Source: Spirochaetia bacterium (GTDB taxonomy: Bacteria > Spirochaetota > Spirochaetia > SZUA-6 > Bin103). From it: DNA of 64,000 bases. The stretch spans positions 6,912,001 to 6,976,000 of the forward strand of contig CBDBDQ010000005.1 in assembly GCA_965203905.1 (NCBI GenBank), given 5' to 3'. A program made the translations under genes and the position numbers. Positions 18,511-27,167 of this stretch are shown piece by piece. The notes beneath the pieces were generated by a model, which was given only the letters and a program-made list of their open reading frames with translations, did not search any database and was not told the DNA's origin. Each line of letters opens with the position of its first letter. The stretch's first letter is position 1.

Positions 18511-19256
18511 CCGATCAAGAGCGCTACCTGTTCGATCTGCAGGGCTACCTGGTGATTCCGGACGCGCTGAGCGGCGACCAGGTCGCTGCCCTCAACGCGC
18601 TGTTGGACGAACGCATCGCGCGCGAGATGGCGCCGGATGCGTCCACCCACCGGTTCGGGGATCTTCTGAGCTGGGGGCAGCCATACGTCGACCTGCTCGA
18701 CAACCGTCACGTGGAGACGCACCTGAGCGAGATCCTCGGCGAGCAGTTCCGCATGGACCACGTCTACCTCGACGTGATCCGCAGCGGCCTGAGCCCGATC
18801 GGTGCCACCCTGCACGGCGGCGGCACTCCGTACAACCCGGTGATGTTCTACGACTTCCGCAACGGCCGGATGCACAGCGGACTGTTCGTGGTCGCCTACA
18901 ACCTGGCGGACGTGGGACCGGAGGACGGCGGCTTCGCCTGCGTGCCCGGCAGTCACAAGAGCAACTACCCGTTCCCGGCCGAGTGGCGCGACCTGACCGA
19001 GCGGCACCCCTTCGTGGAGCGGATAACCGGGCCGGCCGGCACCGCGGTGCTGTTCACCGAGGCGCTCACCCACGGACCGCTGCCGTGGTCGGGGAAGAAC
19101 GAGCGTCGCACCCTGTTCTACAAGTACCACCACCACGGCGGAGCCTGGAGCTCCGCCTATCCGGTGCCGGACGGTCTCACGGTGACCGAGCGCCAGCGCC
19201 GGATCCTCGAGCCCCCCAACGCCCGCTACCCGCGGCGCGGTCTCAAGCCGGATTGA
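18507..19256 (+). CDS. Phytanoyl-CoA dioxygenase (PhyH) family protein
   Basis: YLFDLQGYL, LHGG, GGFACVPGSHK and FTEALTHG. ATGA overlap with the upstream gene. Confidence 0.88.
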   Translation: MTDQERYLFDLQGYLVIPDALSGDQVAALNALLDERIAREMAPDASTHRFGDLLSWGQPYVDLLDNRHVETHLSEILGEQFRMDHVYLDVIRSGLSPIGATLHGGGTPYNPVMFYDFRNGRMHSGLFVVAYNLADVGPEDGGFACVPGSHKSNYPFPAEWRDLTERHPFVERITGPAGTAVLFTEALTHGPLPWSGKNERRTLFYKYHHHGGAWSSAYPVPDGLTVTERQRRILEPPNARYPRRGLKPD

Positions 19257-19301
19257 GCCGGCGCCCCGACAGACCGCACGACCCGGTGCGCGCGGAGCGA
19301 C

Positions 19302-19622
19302 CTAATCCGTGCCGCGCAGGACCCAGTCGGGCTCGTCGATCTCCTGCGACTCTCGGTACAGAACCACCGGATCGAGGTCGATGCACTTCCACTCATCGCG
19401 GGTGCCGGCGATATCCCAGGCGGCGGTACCGTTCATGACCGTAAGCGCGCGCCGGAACAGCTCCACATCCTTGAGCGGTTGAAACACGGGACCGTCCAGC
19501 AAGGGGGCCACGTCGAACTGCCGGATCGAGCCATCGTCGAAGTACAGGATGATCTGGTAGTCACGCACCGGAGTGGCGATCACCTGTACCACCTCGGGCA
19601 TGTAGTTGGGATCTTCGATCAC
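19302..19622 (-). CDS. DUF2442 family protein (putative antitoxin)
   Basis: DYQIILYFDDG..R.FD...L.GPVFQPLKD...F and IDLDPVVLY. Confidence 0.85.
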   Translation of the reverse strand: MIEDPNYMPEVVQVIATPVRDYQIILYFDDGSIRQFDVAPLLDGPVFQPLKDVELFRRALTVMNGTAAWDIAGTRDEWKCIDLDPVVLYRESQEIDEPDWVLRGTD

Positions 19623-19879
19623 ATGAGCCCCTGGATGGAGCGCAACGGTTGCCGGTCCCGCGCCAGTTCCCAGTTCTGCATCAACTCATCCTCGTGCAGT
19701 TGAGCCCAGGCGAGCACCAGGCGCAGTTGGCGCCGCGGCAGGTACCCGGCAATTACGAAATTCCGGCGGATATCGACCTTGGCCGTGTGTTCGGCGTACT
19801 CGGCGTGAAAGTGAGGTGGATCGTGATCGCCCCAATCCAGAAGAATCCTGATCCCATGGAACAAGGCGACGACTGGCAC
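19619..19879 (-). CDS. DUF4160 family protein (putative toxin, DhiT-like)
   Basis: FHGIRI...DHDPPHFHAEY and LVLAWAQLHEDELMQNW. Confidence 0.88.
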   Translation of the reverse strand: MPVVALFHGIRILLDWGDHDPPHFHAEYAEHTAKVDIRRNFVIAGYLPRRQLRLVLAWAQLHEDELMQNWELARDRQPLRSIQGLM

Positions 19880-20002
19880 TGCTACCACCAAGCACGCCGA
19901 TAGTACTCCACCACGGTCGGTTGGTGAAGGAGAGCAAGCCCGATACGCTCCCCCGTTGCGCGCCGGCGGCGACGCCGGGTAGGCTCACGGGCGGAGGCCG
20001 GG

Positions 20003-20023
20003 ATGATCAGCAGGATACGGTAA
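20003..20023 (+). CDS. Putative leader peptide MISRIR (translational attenuation of the ABC-F gene)
   Basis: SD GGAGG at 19993-19997, then ATG ATC AGC AGG ATA CGG TAA, ending 50 nt upstream of the ABC-F start. Confidence 0.65.
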   Translation: MISRIR

Positions 20024-20025
20024 CC

Positions 20026-20069
20026 GAGCGTCACAGGTAGGCGCTCCTCGTTCGTTGTTTCGCGGAGGA
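20026..20069 (+). promoter_or_regulatory. Alternative hairpins of the ABC-F leader (anti-SD switch)
   Basis: CGCTCCTC (20042-20049) can pair either with GAGCG (20026-20030) or with the ABC-F SD GGAGGA (20064-20069). Confidence 0.5.
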
Positions 20070-20073
20070 TTCC

Positions 20074-21702
20074 GTGCTTACCGTATCCGATCTCACCATA
20101 TCCCGTGGTGCCCAGGACCTGCTGCGGCAGGTCACCTTTTCCGTTCCCGCCGGCGGCCGTGCGGCACTGATCGGCGCCAATGGCAGTGGCAAGTCCACCC
20201 TGCTGGAGACGATCCAGGGACGCCATCCGCCGCGCACCGGCAGCATTGGGTGGACCCCTGCCGACCTCACCGTCGGCTACCTCGACCAGAGCGGCAACAG
20301 CAACGCAGCGGCCTCGGTGGGCGAGTTCCTCGGTGCCGCCGCCAGCCTGGAGCGGCAGGTGGCGGACGCGGCCGCGCGGCTGGCCGAGGCGCCGCACGAC
20401 GCCGCGGCGGAGGCCGCCTACAGCGCGGCGCTGGACCGGCTGACCGACGCCGCCGAAGTGTGGTCCCCCGACGCGCTGTCCCGTTGGGGCCTGGCCGAGC
20501 TCGACCCGGAGACGCCGCTGCACCGGCTCAGCGGCGGGCAGCGGCTCAAGCTGGGACTGTGCCGGGTGCTCGCCGCCGGCCCCGACTTCCTGATCCTGGA
20601 CGAACCGACCAACCACCTCGACGACGGTGCGCTGGAACTTCTGGCCGAGACCTTGCTGGCGTTCCCCGGCGGCGTGCTGTTCGTGTCTCACGACCGCGCC
20701 TTCCTCGACCGCGTCGCCACCGAGATCCTGGCGGTAGACCCGCGGCGCGGCAGAGTGGTGCGCTACGTCGGCAACTACACCGCCTACGCCGAGCAGCGCG
20801 CGTCCGAGCTGGCGCGGCAACACAGCCGCTACCAGAACGAGCAGGCGCTGGTCCGCAGGATGCGCCAGGACATTGCCCGCACCAAGGAGCAGGCGCGAAG
20901 CGTCGAGCGCGCCACCACGCCGCGGCAACCCAACGTGCGGCGGCTGGCCAAGAAGGTGGCGCGCAAGGCGCGCGCCCGCGAGACCCGGCTGGCGCGGTTC
21001 CAGGCCGCCCCGGAGCGCGCCGAGCGCCCCACCGAGAGCTGGCGCCTCAAGGTGGAGTTCGGCGGCGCGACCGGCAGCGACACCGTGCTGGCCCTGAGTG
21101 AAGCGGCGCTCGGCTACGGCGCCACACCCATCCTGGAAGGGGTCGACGTGGAACTGGGAGGCCGCGAGCGGGTGGCCCTGCTGGGAGCCAACGGCAGCGG
21201 CAAGACCACGCTGTTGCGGACCCTGGCCGGGACGCTGGCGCCGCTGGGCGGCTCCCTGCGGCGCTCGCCGGCCGCGGTCGTCGGCTACCTGGCACAGGAG
21301 CAGGAGCTGCTCGACCCGGCGGCCACCGCGCTGGCCACGATCCGGGACGCGGGCGCCGGCGCGGAGACGGAGGCACGCTCGTTCCTGCACCTGTTCCTGT
21401 TCACCGGAGACGACGCGCTGCGGCCGGTTGCGGAGCTCAGCTACGGCGAGCGGGCGCGCCTGTCGCTGGCACTGCTGGTGGCGCGCGGCGCGACCGTGCT
21501 GCTGCTGGACGAGCCGCTCAACCACCTCGACATCGACTCCCGCGAACGCTTCGAGAGCGCCCTCGACCAGTTTGCCGGTGCGGTGGTGGTAGTCTCCCAC
21601 GACCGCTACTTCGTGGACCGCTACGCGGCCACGCGCTGGGAGATCGGGGAGTTGGGCCCCGGGCGCCGCCGGCTGGTGGTCGAGCGCGCTGCTGGCGACT
21701 GA
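20074..21702 (+). CDS. ABC-F family ATPase, ribosomal-protection (ARE)-like
   Basis: Two Walker A motifs (GANGSGKS/T), LSGGQ and LSYGE signatures, DEPTNHLD and DEPLNHLD, an extended basic interdomain linker and no TM segments. Confidence 0.92.
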   Translation: MLTVSDLTISRGAQDLLRQVTFSVPAGGRAALIGANGSGKSTLLETIQGRHPPRTGSIGWTPADLTVGYLDQSGNSNAAASVGEFLGAAASLERQVADAAARLAEAPHDAAAEAAYSAALDRLTDAAEVWSPDALSRWGLAELDPETPLHRLSGGQRLKLGLCRVLAAGPDFLILDEPTNHLDDGALELLAETLLAFPGGVLFVSHDRAFLDRVATEILAVDPRRGRVVRYVGNYTAYAEQRASELARQHSRYQNEQALVRRMRQDIARTKEQARSVERATTPRQPNVRRLAKKVARKARARETRLARFQAAPERAERPTESWRLKVEFGGATGSDTVLALSEAALGYGATPILEGVDVELGGRERVALLGANGSGKTTLLRTLAGTLAPLGGSLRRSPAAVVGYLAQEQELLDPAATALATIRDAGAGAETEARSFLHLFLFTGDDALRPVAELSYGERARLSLALLVARGATVLLLDEPLNHLDIDSRERFESALDQFAGAVVVVSHDRYFVDRYAATRWEIGELGPGRRRLVVERAAGD

Positions 21703-21710
21703 TCCGCCGC

Positions 21711-22811
21711 TCAGTTCGGGCCGGGACGCTCGAAGGAGATGCTCTTGACCAGGGCGAACACCCGCTTCCCGCTCCGCAGCGCCAGGTCCGCCGCCGCTTC
21801 GCGGGTGATGCGGGCCCGCAGCCGCCCGCGGCCGATGTCCACCAGCGCCTCCGCGTAAGCTGAATCGGGCTGCTCGCGGATTGCCACCACGGTTCCCGGC
21901 AGCACGTTGCGGATGCTGATGGCCCGCGGGCGGCGCGTGCTGAGCGCCACATCGCGCGCCCGGATGCGCAGGCGTACCGGCTCGCCCACCGCAGCATCCA
22001 GCAGCGGCACCGTGATGACCTGGCGCCCATGGCGCAGGCGGCTCAGGTGGTAGCGCGCATCGTGGGCGGCCACGCGTGCGTCCAGCACCACGCCGGCCTC
22101 GAAGCGCTCCGCGGCGGGAAGCAGGTCGAGGCGCTCCAGGATCGGGCGCACCGGGCCGGCCGCGAGTTTGGCCCCCGCGGCCAGCACCACCAGGTGATCG
22201 GACAGCCGCGACACCTCCGCCAGGTCGTGGCTCACGTAGAGCATCGGTATCGACAGCTCGCGGTGCAGCACCTCGAAGTAGGCGACGATCTCTTCGCGCG
22301 CCCCCTGGTCCAGCGCCGACAGCGGCTCGTCCAGCAGCAGCAGGCGCGGCTGCGACAGCAACGCGCGGCCTACCGCGACGCGTTGGCGTTCACCCCCCGA
22401 CAGCGCCGCCGGGGCCCGCTCCAGCAGCAGCCCGAGACCCAGCATCTCCACCACCGCGGCGAAGGTCAGCACCTGCTTCACCCCGGCCCGGCGGGCGCCG
22501 TACAGGAGGTTGCCGCGCACCGACAGGTGGGGGAACAGGCTCGCCTCCTGGAACACGTAGCCGAGCCGCCGCCGGTGCGGCTTGCGGAACACGCCGCGCG
22601 CATCGTCCTGCCAGGTTTCGCCGTCGACCAGCAGCCGGCCGGGGAGCCGCTGCAGCCCGGCGATGCAGCGCAGGATGGTGGTCTTGCCGCTCCCGGACGG
22701 CCCGAACAGGGCGGTTATGCCGCTGGTGGGAAACTGAAACGCCACCTGCAGGCGAAAGCTGCCCACCGTGCCGGCGAACTGTGCCTCGATATGCTGGCTC
22801 GCCGTGCTCAT
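21711..22811 (-). CDS. modC: Molybdate ABC transporter ATP-binding subunit
   Basis: [16 protein letters not shown] and a C-terminal TOBE/Mop domain (ISIRNVL...FALVKS). Confidence 0.95.
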   Translation of the reverse strand: MSTASQHIEAQFAGTVGSFRLQVAFQFPTSGITALFGPSGSGKTTILRCIAGLQRLPGRLLVDGETWQDDARGVFRKPHRRRLGYVFQEASLFPHLSVRGNLLYGARRAGVKQVLTFAAVVEMLGLGLLLERAPAALSGGERQRVAVGRALLSQPRLLLLDEPLSALDQGAREEIVAYFEVLHRELSIPMLYVSHDLAEVSRLSDHLVVLAAGAKLAAGPVRPILERLDLLPAAERFEAGVVLDARVAAHDARYHLSRLRHGRQVITVPLLDAAVGEPVRLRIRARDVALSTRRPRAISIRNVLPGTVVAIREQPDSAYAEALVDIGRGRLRARITREAAADLALRSGKRVFALVKSISFERPGPN

Positions 22812-23485
22812 GGCCGCCACCGCACGCTGCGCCGTTCCAGCAGCCGTACCGCCAGGATCACCAGGAACGCGAACAGCAGCATGCCGCCCGCCAGCAGGTG
22901 CGCCTCACGCCACTGCAACAGCTCCACGTACTCGTAGACCGCCACCGACAGCACGCGGGTGTGACCGGGGATGTTGCCGCCGATCATCAGCACCACGCCG
23001 AACTCCCCCACCGTGTGGGCGAAGCCCAGCACGGCGCCACTGACGAAGCCGGGCCGCGCCAGCGGCACCGCCACACTCCAGAACGCGTCCCACGGTGTCG
23101 CCCGCAGGGTGGCGGCCACGTCCAGCGGACGCTCGCCGAACGCCTCGAAGGCGCTGCGGATCGGCTGCACCACGAACGGCATCGAGAAACACACCGATCC
23201 GATCACCAGGCCGGTGAAGGTGAACGCCAGCGACCGGCCGCCGAACAGCCCCGCGAGCCAGCCGCCCGGCCCGTTCGGCCCCAGGGCGATGAGCAGGTAG
23301 AAGCCGAGCACCGTGGGCGGCAGCACCAGGGGCAGCGCCACCACCGCCGCGACCGCCTCCTTCCAGGCGGCCGGCGAGCGTGCCAGCCACCAGGCGATAG
23401 GCGTGCCGACCAGCAGCAGGATGACGGTGGTGACCGCCGCGAGCTGCAGCGTCAACAGGATCGGCGGCCACAGGGCGGAACTCAC
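22808..23485 (-). CDS. modB: Molybdate ABC transporter permease
   Basis: [15 protein letters not shown] and [20 protein letters not shown]. Confidence 0.95.
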   Translation of the reverse strand: MSSALWPPILLTLQLAAVTTVILLLVGTPIAWWLARSPAAWKEAVAAVVALPLVLPPTVLGFYLLIALGPNGPGGWLAGLFGGRSLAFTFTGLVIGSVCFSMPFVVQPIRSAFEAFGERPLDVAATLRATPWDAFWSVAVPLARPGFVSGAVLGFAHTVGEFGVVLMIGGNIPGHTRVLSVAVYEYVELLQWREAHLLAGGMLLFAFLVILAVRLLERRSVRWRP

Positions 23486-24267
23486 CCGTACCCGTACCGC
23501 GCCTTCACCGCCGCCGCGGCGGGGCCGCGCAGGAACGCCAGGAAGGCAAGTGCCGCCTCGCTGCCGGCCGCGCGCTGCAGCAGCACGGCATCCTGGGCGA
23601 TCTCGGCGTGCAGTTCCTGCGGCACCACCCAACGCGAGCCCCGCTCGTGGGTGATGACCTGGGCCAGGGCCACGAAGCCCAGCTCGGCGGCACCGGTGAC
23701 CACGAACTGGTAGGTCTGGGCGACGTTGTTGCCGTACACCAGGCGCGGGCTCAGCGGCTCGGAGAGCCCGAGGGCGGCGAGCACCTCGAGCGCCGCCGCC
23801 CCGTAGGGCGCCAGCGCCGGGTTGGCGATCGCCAGCCGCGTGAAATCGCCTCGCTCAAGACTCGCGCTGCCGTCGACCTGCCCCGCCTCCGCGCTGAACA
23901 GCGCCAGCCTGCCTACGGCGTAGGTGAAGCCGCTGTCGGGCACCCCGTGCTCCTCGCTCAGGATGCGCCGCGGGTAGCGCCGGTCGGCGGCCAGGTACAC
24001 GTCGAACGGGGCGCCCTGGGTGATCTGCGCATACAGTTGCCCGCTGGAGCCGAAGCTGAAGCGCGCCGTGTGGCCGGTGGCCGCCGCGAACAGGGCGCCG
24101 ATCTCCCGTGCCGGGGCGCTGAAGTTGGCCGCCACCGCGGCCCTCACCTCGTCGCCGTGGAGCACGCCGGGGCCGGCCCACACCAGCAGCAGCCCGAGCA
24201 CTGCGGCCTGCAGCCTCCCGCGCCTGCCCACCCATGCCGCTTCGCTGTACCCGGTGGCGTCCATCAC
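23482..24267 (-). CDS. modA: Molybdate ABC transporter substrate-binding protein
   Basis: [24 protein letters not shown] and [10 protein letters not shown]. Confidence 0.95.
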   Translation of the reverse strand: MMDATGYSEAAWVGRRGRLQAAVLGLLLVWAGPGVLHGDEVRAAVAANFSAPAREIGALFAAATGHTARFSFGSSGQLYAQITQGAPFDVYLAADRRYPRRILSEEHGVPDSGFTYAVGRLALFSAEAGQVDGSASLERGDFTRLAIANPALAPYGAAALEVLAALGLSEPLSPRLVYGNNVAQTYQFVVTGAAELGFVALAQVITHERGSRWVVPQELHAEIAQDAVLLQRAAGSEAALAFLAFLRGPAAAAVKARYGYG

Positions 24268-24510
24268 CTGCCACGATCCTCTACCACCGATCCGCCACTC
24301 TGCCTACCCCTCGCGCCGTGCCCGCCCTACCACGCCGCCTACGGTCGCAGCCGTGCCCGGCGGCAGTGTCGAGCGTCGAAGCCAGGATATCTCACGTTAC
24401 GCCGCAAGCCGGCTGCAAATCGTTGCTCCGGCTGCGCTCGGACCGACACCCGACCGCCCGACTCGCGCCCCGGCGAGCGCCGATCATGTGGCCCCGTCTG
24501 GCGACGATCG

Positions 24511-26094
24511 CTACTCCCGATGCCGGAAGCGGTGGTGAGCAGAACAACGAAGCCTGAGATTACCCGGCTCCGCACCGCCGCCCAGGGCGAAGGGAACGAT
24601 GTGGTCGAGCTCCAGCAGGAAGCGGGAGCCGCAGCGCCGCCCGCTATGCGGATCGACGTAACTGCAGCGGCCGCCGTCGCGGCCCCACACCTCGCGGCTC
24701 ACCGGTGCCGGAATGTACCGCGATCGACGCGCACGGTGGGCCGGTTGCGCGCTGCCTCCGGACTGGCCGGCCGCCTCTGGCTGCGACCGCGAATGGCCAT
24801 CGAGTTGCGCTACCCGTGCCCGCTTCGCCGCCCCGGTCGGCTGCGCTGGCGAAGGAGCGCTGCGACCACGATCCACCGGTGCCAGCGCGGTCGGCCTGCA
24901 CTGGTCTGCCGGTGGTGTTGGCCGTGGCGTCGGAACGGTGGCGTGGGACCCACGATCGGCCACCGACTTCGCCGCCGAAGGAGCGGCGTCGGGCGCCGCC
25001 GCCGCTGGCTTGCCACTCACCGGGGTGATGCCGTCGCAAGTCTCGCGCCCCGACGGCGGCGCGGGCTGCGTTGCAGGCGCCGAGGTGCCGGCGTCGCCAA
25101 TCCCGCGCACGCGTTCCTCTGCGGACAGCGCTGCCGGCGCCGGGGTGCTGCCACCGGCGCTCGTGCCTTCCGCCGGCGGCACTTCGGGCTGCTCTTGCGC
25201 GCCCCGCTTCGCCAGCGAAGCCGCCCCGTCTGCCGGCCCTTGCTGCGCCTGCGGCTCCGGCGCCTGGCCCGAGCTTGCCTCGCGGCTCCCACCTCTGCGC
25301 CCGCGTGGCGGCCGCCCCGGGTCGTAGCGCTGCAGGCCGTCCTGCACCAGCCGCTCCACGAGTTGTCCCAGCGTCAGGTGCGGGTCCACGTGCGACAGCA
25401 GTCCCCGTAACTGCTCGATCCCGCGCTGACAGGCGGAGTCGATCACCACCTTCAGCTCCCAGCAGCCCTCGCCCAGCGCCCGCATGAGATCGGCCGGCCG
25501 CGCCAGCTCGGGAGCCACCCCGGCCAACAACTGCTTCACCTCGCGCGTGCTCTTGCCGCTTGCCTGCGCCACCAGCTCCTGCCGCTGCGCCGCGTCCCAG
25601 CGCCGGCACCGGTCGCGCCGGCGCCGCGGCCTCGGTCCCGGAAGCCCCCGCCTCCGGCGCCGTCCCCGTGGCGCCCCGGCAGCAGCTCCGGCTGCCGCGG
25701 GTGCCGAGCCGGGGTCCGCGGCGGTGGTGGCAGTGCGCTGCAGGAGCTCGAAGGTGTTCTGCAACTGCGCCGCCGCGCTCAGGGTGAGCGAGCCGTCCTG
25801 CAGCCGCTCGCGTGTCCCGGCGGTCTCGGAGCACAGGCGCATGGCCTTTATACGGCGCCAGGCGGCGCCTTCGCTGTAGCCCAGTTCGCGCACCGCGTAG
25901 TCGAACAGGCTAGAGAACCCGAGGCGCAGGTGGAGGTGGCGGGCGTGGATCTCGCGCAGGTGGTCGAGGACGGCGAGCTGCAGCGCCTGCTCGTGCAGGA
26001 CGAGGGACCTGGTGTGCGCCAGCAGCACCTGGTCGGGGAGCCCGGAGAGCGAGGAGGAGAAGCCGGGAGTGGTCGCCGTGGTCGCGGAAGCCAT
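24511..26094 (-). CDS. HNH endonuclease domain protein with DUF222-like N-terminus and Ala/Pro-rich linker
   Basis: C-terminal SRYIPAPV.REVW.RDGGRC...ELDHIVPFALGG...NLRLRCSAHH. N-terminal LGFSSLFDYAV.ELGYSEGAAWRRI. Confidence 0.88.
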   Translation of the reverse strand: MASATTATTPGFSSSLSGLPDQVLLAHTRSLVLHEQALQLAVLDHLREIHARHLHLRLGFSSLFDYAVRELGYSEGAAWRRIKAMRLCSETAGTRERLQDGSLTLSAAAQLQNTFELLQRTATTAADPGSAPAAAGAAAGAPRGRRRRRGLPGPRPRRRRDRCRRWDAAQRQELVAQASGKSTREVKQLLAGVAPELARPADLMRALGEGCWELKVVIDSACQRGIEQLRGLLSHVDPHLTLGQLVERLVQDGLQRYDPGRPPRGRRGGSREASSGQAPEPQAQQGPADGAASLAKRGAQEQPEVPPAEGTSAGGSTPAPAALSAEERVRGIGDAGTSAPATQPAPPSGRETCDGITPVSGKPAAAAPDAAPSAAKSVADRGSHATVPTPRPTPPADQCRPTALAPVDRGRSAPSPAQPTGAAKRARVAQLDGHSRSQPEAAGQSGGSAQPAHRARRSRYIPAPVSREVWGRDGGRCSYVDPHSGRRCGSRFLLELDHIVPFALGGGAEPGNLRLRCSAHHRFRHRE

Positions 26095-26457
26095 GGCGTA
26101 AATATAATCATGGCTGAGAAATGGACGGTTTCTACGAGTCCCGGACCGGCACCTGGAAGGGCTCAGGCCGGCGCTTATGGGGTGCTGACGGGCCTGGCGG
26201 GCGTGGCGGGATGTTCGAAGGGTCGGAGGGGCCGGAACGTGCGGCAGAGGGCCGTCACGAGGGGCGCCAAACCCGTCAAGTGCTCAGCGCACTTTTTGCA
26301 TTTTTCTGCAGAATCCTGCACCGTGGCGCCGACATGGCCAGCAACGCATCCGCGGACCGGCGTTGCAGGTGGGCGGCTACCCGATCATTCCTGGACACAT
26401 CTTCCTGGACATATCGTACAGCTAACGGAACCAAGAGAGCCGTGCCGCGGTCCATGC

Positions 26458-26661
26458 GAGGGCCGGGCCGAAGGCCGCACCGAACGCCGCGCCGTGGTGT
26501 TGCAGGTGCTCAAGGCGCGAGGCATGGAAGTGCCCGCGGCCCTGCCCCGCCACCTGCAGGAGATGAAAGGAATCTCTACGGCAGCGCTGGTCCAGGCGGC
26601 GATGCAGTGTCGTTACCAAGCGGAGTTCCTGCACCTGGCTCGCGCCGCGATCGGCCAATGA
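26458..26661 (+). pseudogene. C-terminal remnant of an Rpn/Uma2-type nuclease
   Basis: EGRAEGR...VLQVLKARG...AALVQAAMQC...EFL is a typical helical tail; no nuclease domain is present upstream. Confidence 0.5.
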
Positions 26662-26868
26662 AGCAGGTTCGCCGCCAGCTTGAGCGGCAGGCTACGGACG
26701 CCGACCTGTTACAAGGAGCGCAACCTGATGGTAATAGAAGAGCACCGGCAGAGGCTCAAATGCTTGACCCGTCATCCGCCCGCCGCCGATACTTCCGAGG
26801 TCTTTTGGACAGGTGGTTGATTGGCTGTGGAAATCGCTGGCACAGGTGTCAAGGGAGGCGACCTGGAC

Positions 26869-27117
26869 ATGGATAGAATCGTCGTTGATTCCACGGTCCA
26901 CTTCGGGAAACCGTGCGTCGCCGGTACGCGTATCACGGTACAGGACGTCCTGGAATTGGTCGATCAAGATCTACCCTTCAATGAGATCATCCAGGAGTAC
27001 TATCCCGATCTGACTGCCGCTGATATCCATGCGTGCATCCGCTATGCCGGCACAACGTCGTTCGCGCCGCTGATCTCGACCTCGCGAGAGCCGCGAACGA
27101 AGAACTGCTCCAGATAG
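26869..27117 (+). CDS. DUF433 family antitoxin-like protein (C-terminus altered by deletion)
   Basis: SD GGGAGG; RIVVD..VHFGKPCVAGTRITV...YPDLT..DIHACIRYA. Confidence 0.85.
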   Translation: MDRIVVDSTVHFGKPCVAGTRITVQDVLELVDQDLPFNEIIQEYYPDLTAADIHACIRYAGTTSFAPLISTSREPRTKNCSR

Positions 27118-27167
27118 CGCAGGGGCGGGACCGGCTGTTTGTAACCCGAGACCGGGTGTCCGTATGA
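27051..27167 (+). pseudogene. DUF5615 PIN-like toxin, internal remnant
   Basis: An alternate frame reads HNVVRAADLDLARAANEELLQIAQGRDRLFVTRDR, the middle of the DUF5615 toxin that normally follows DUF433. Confidence 0.65.
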
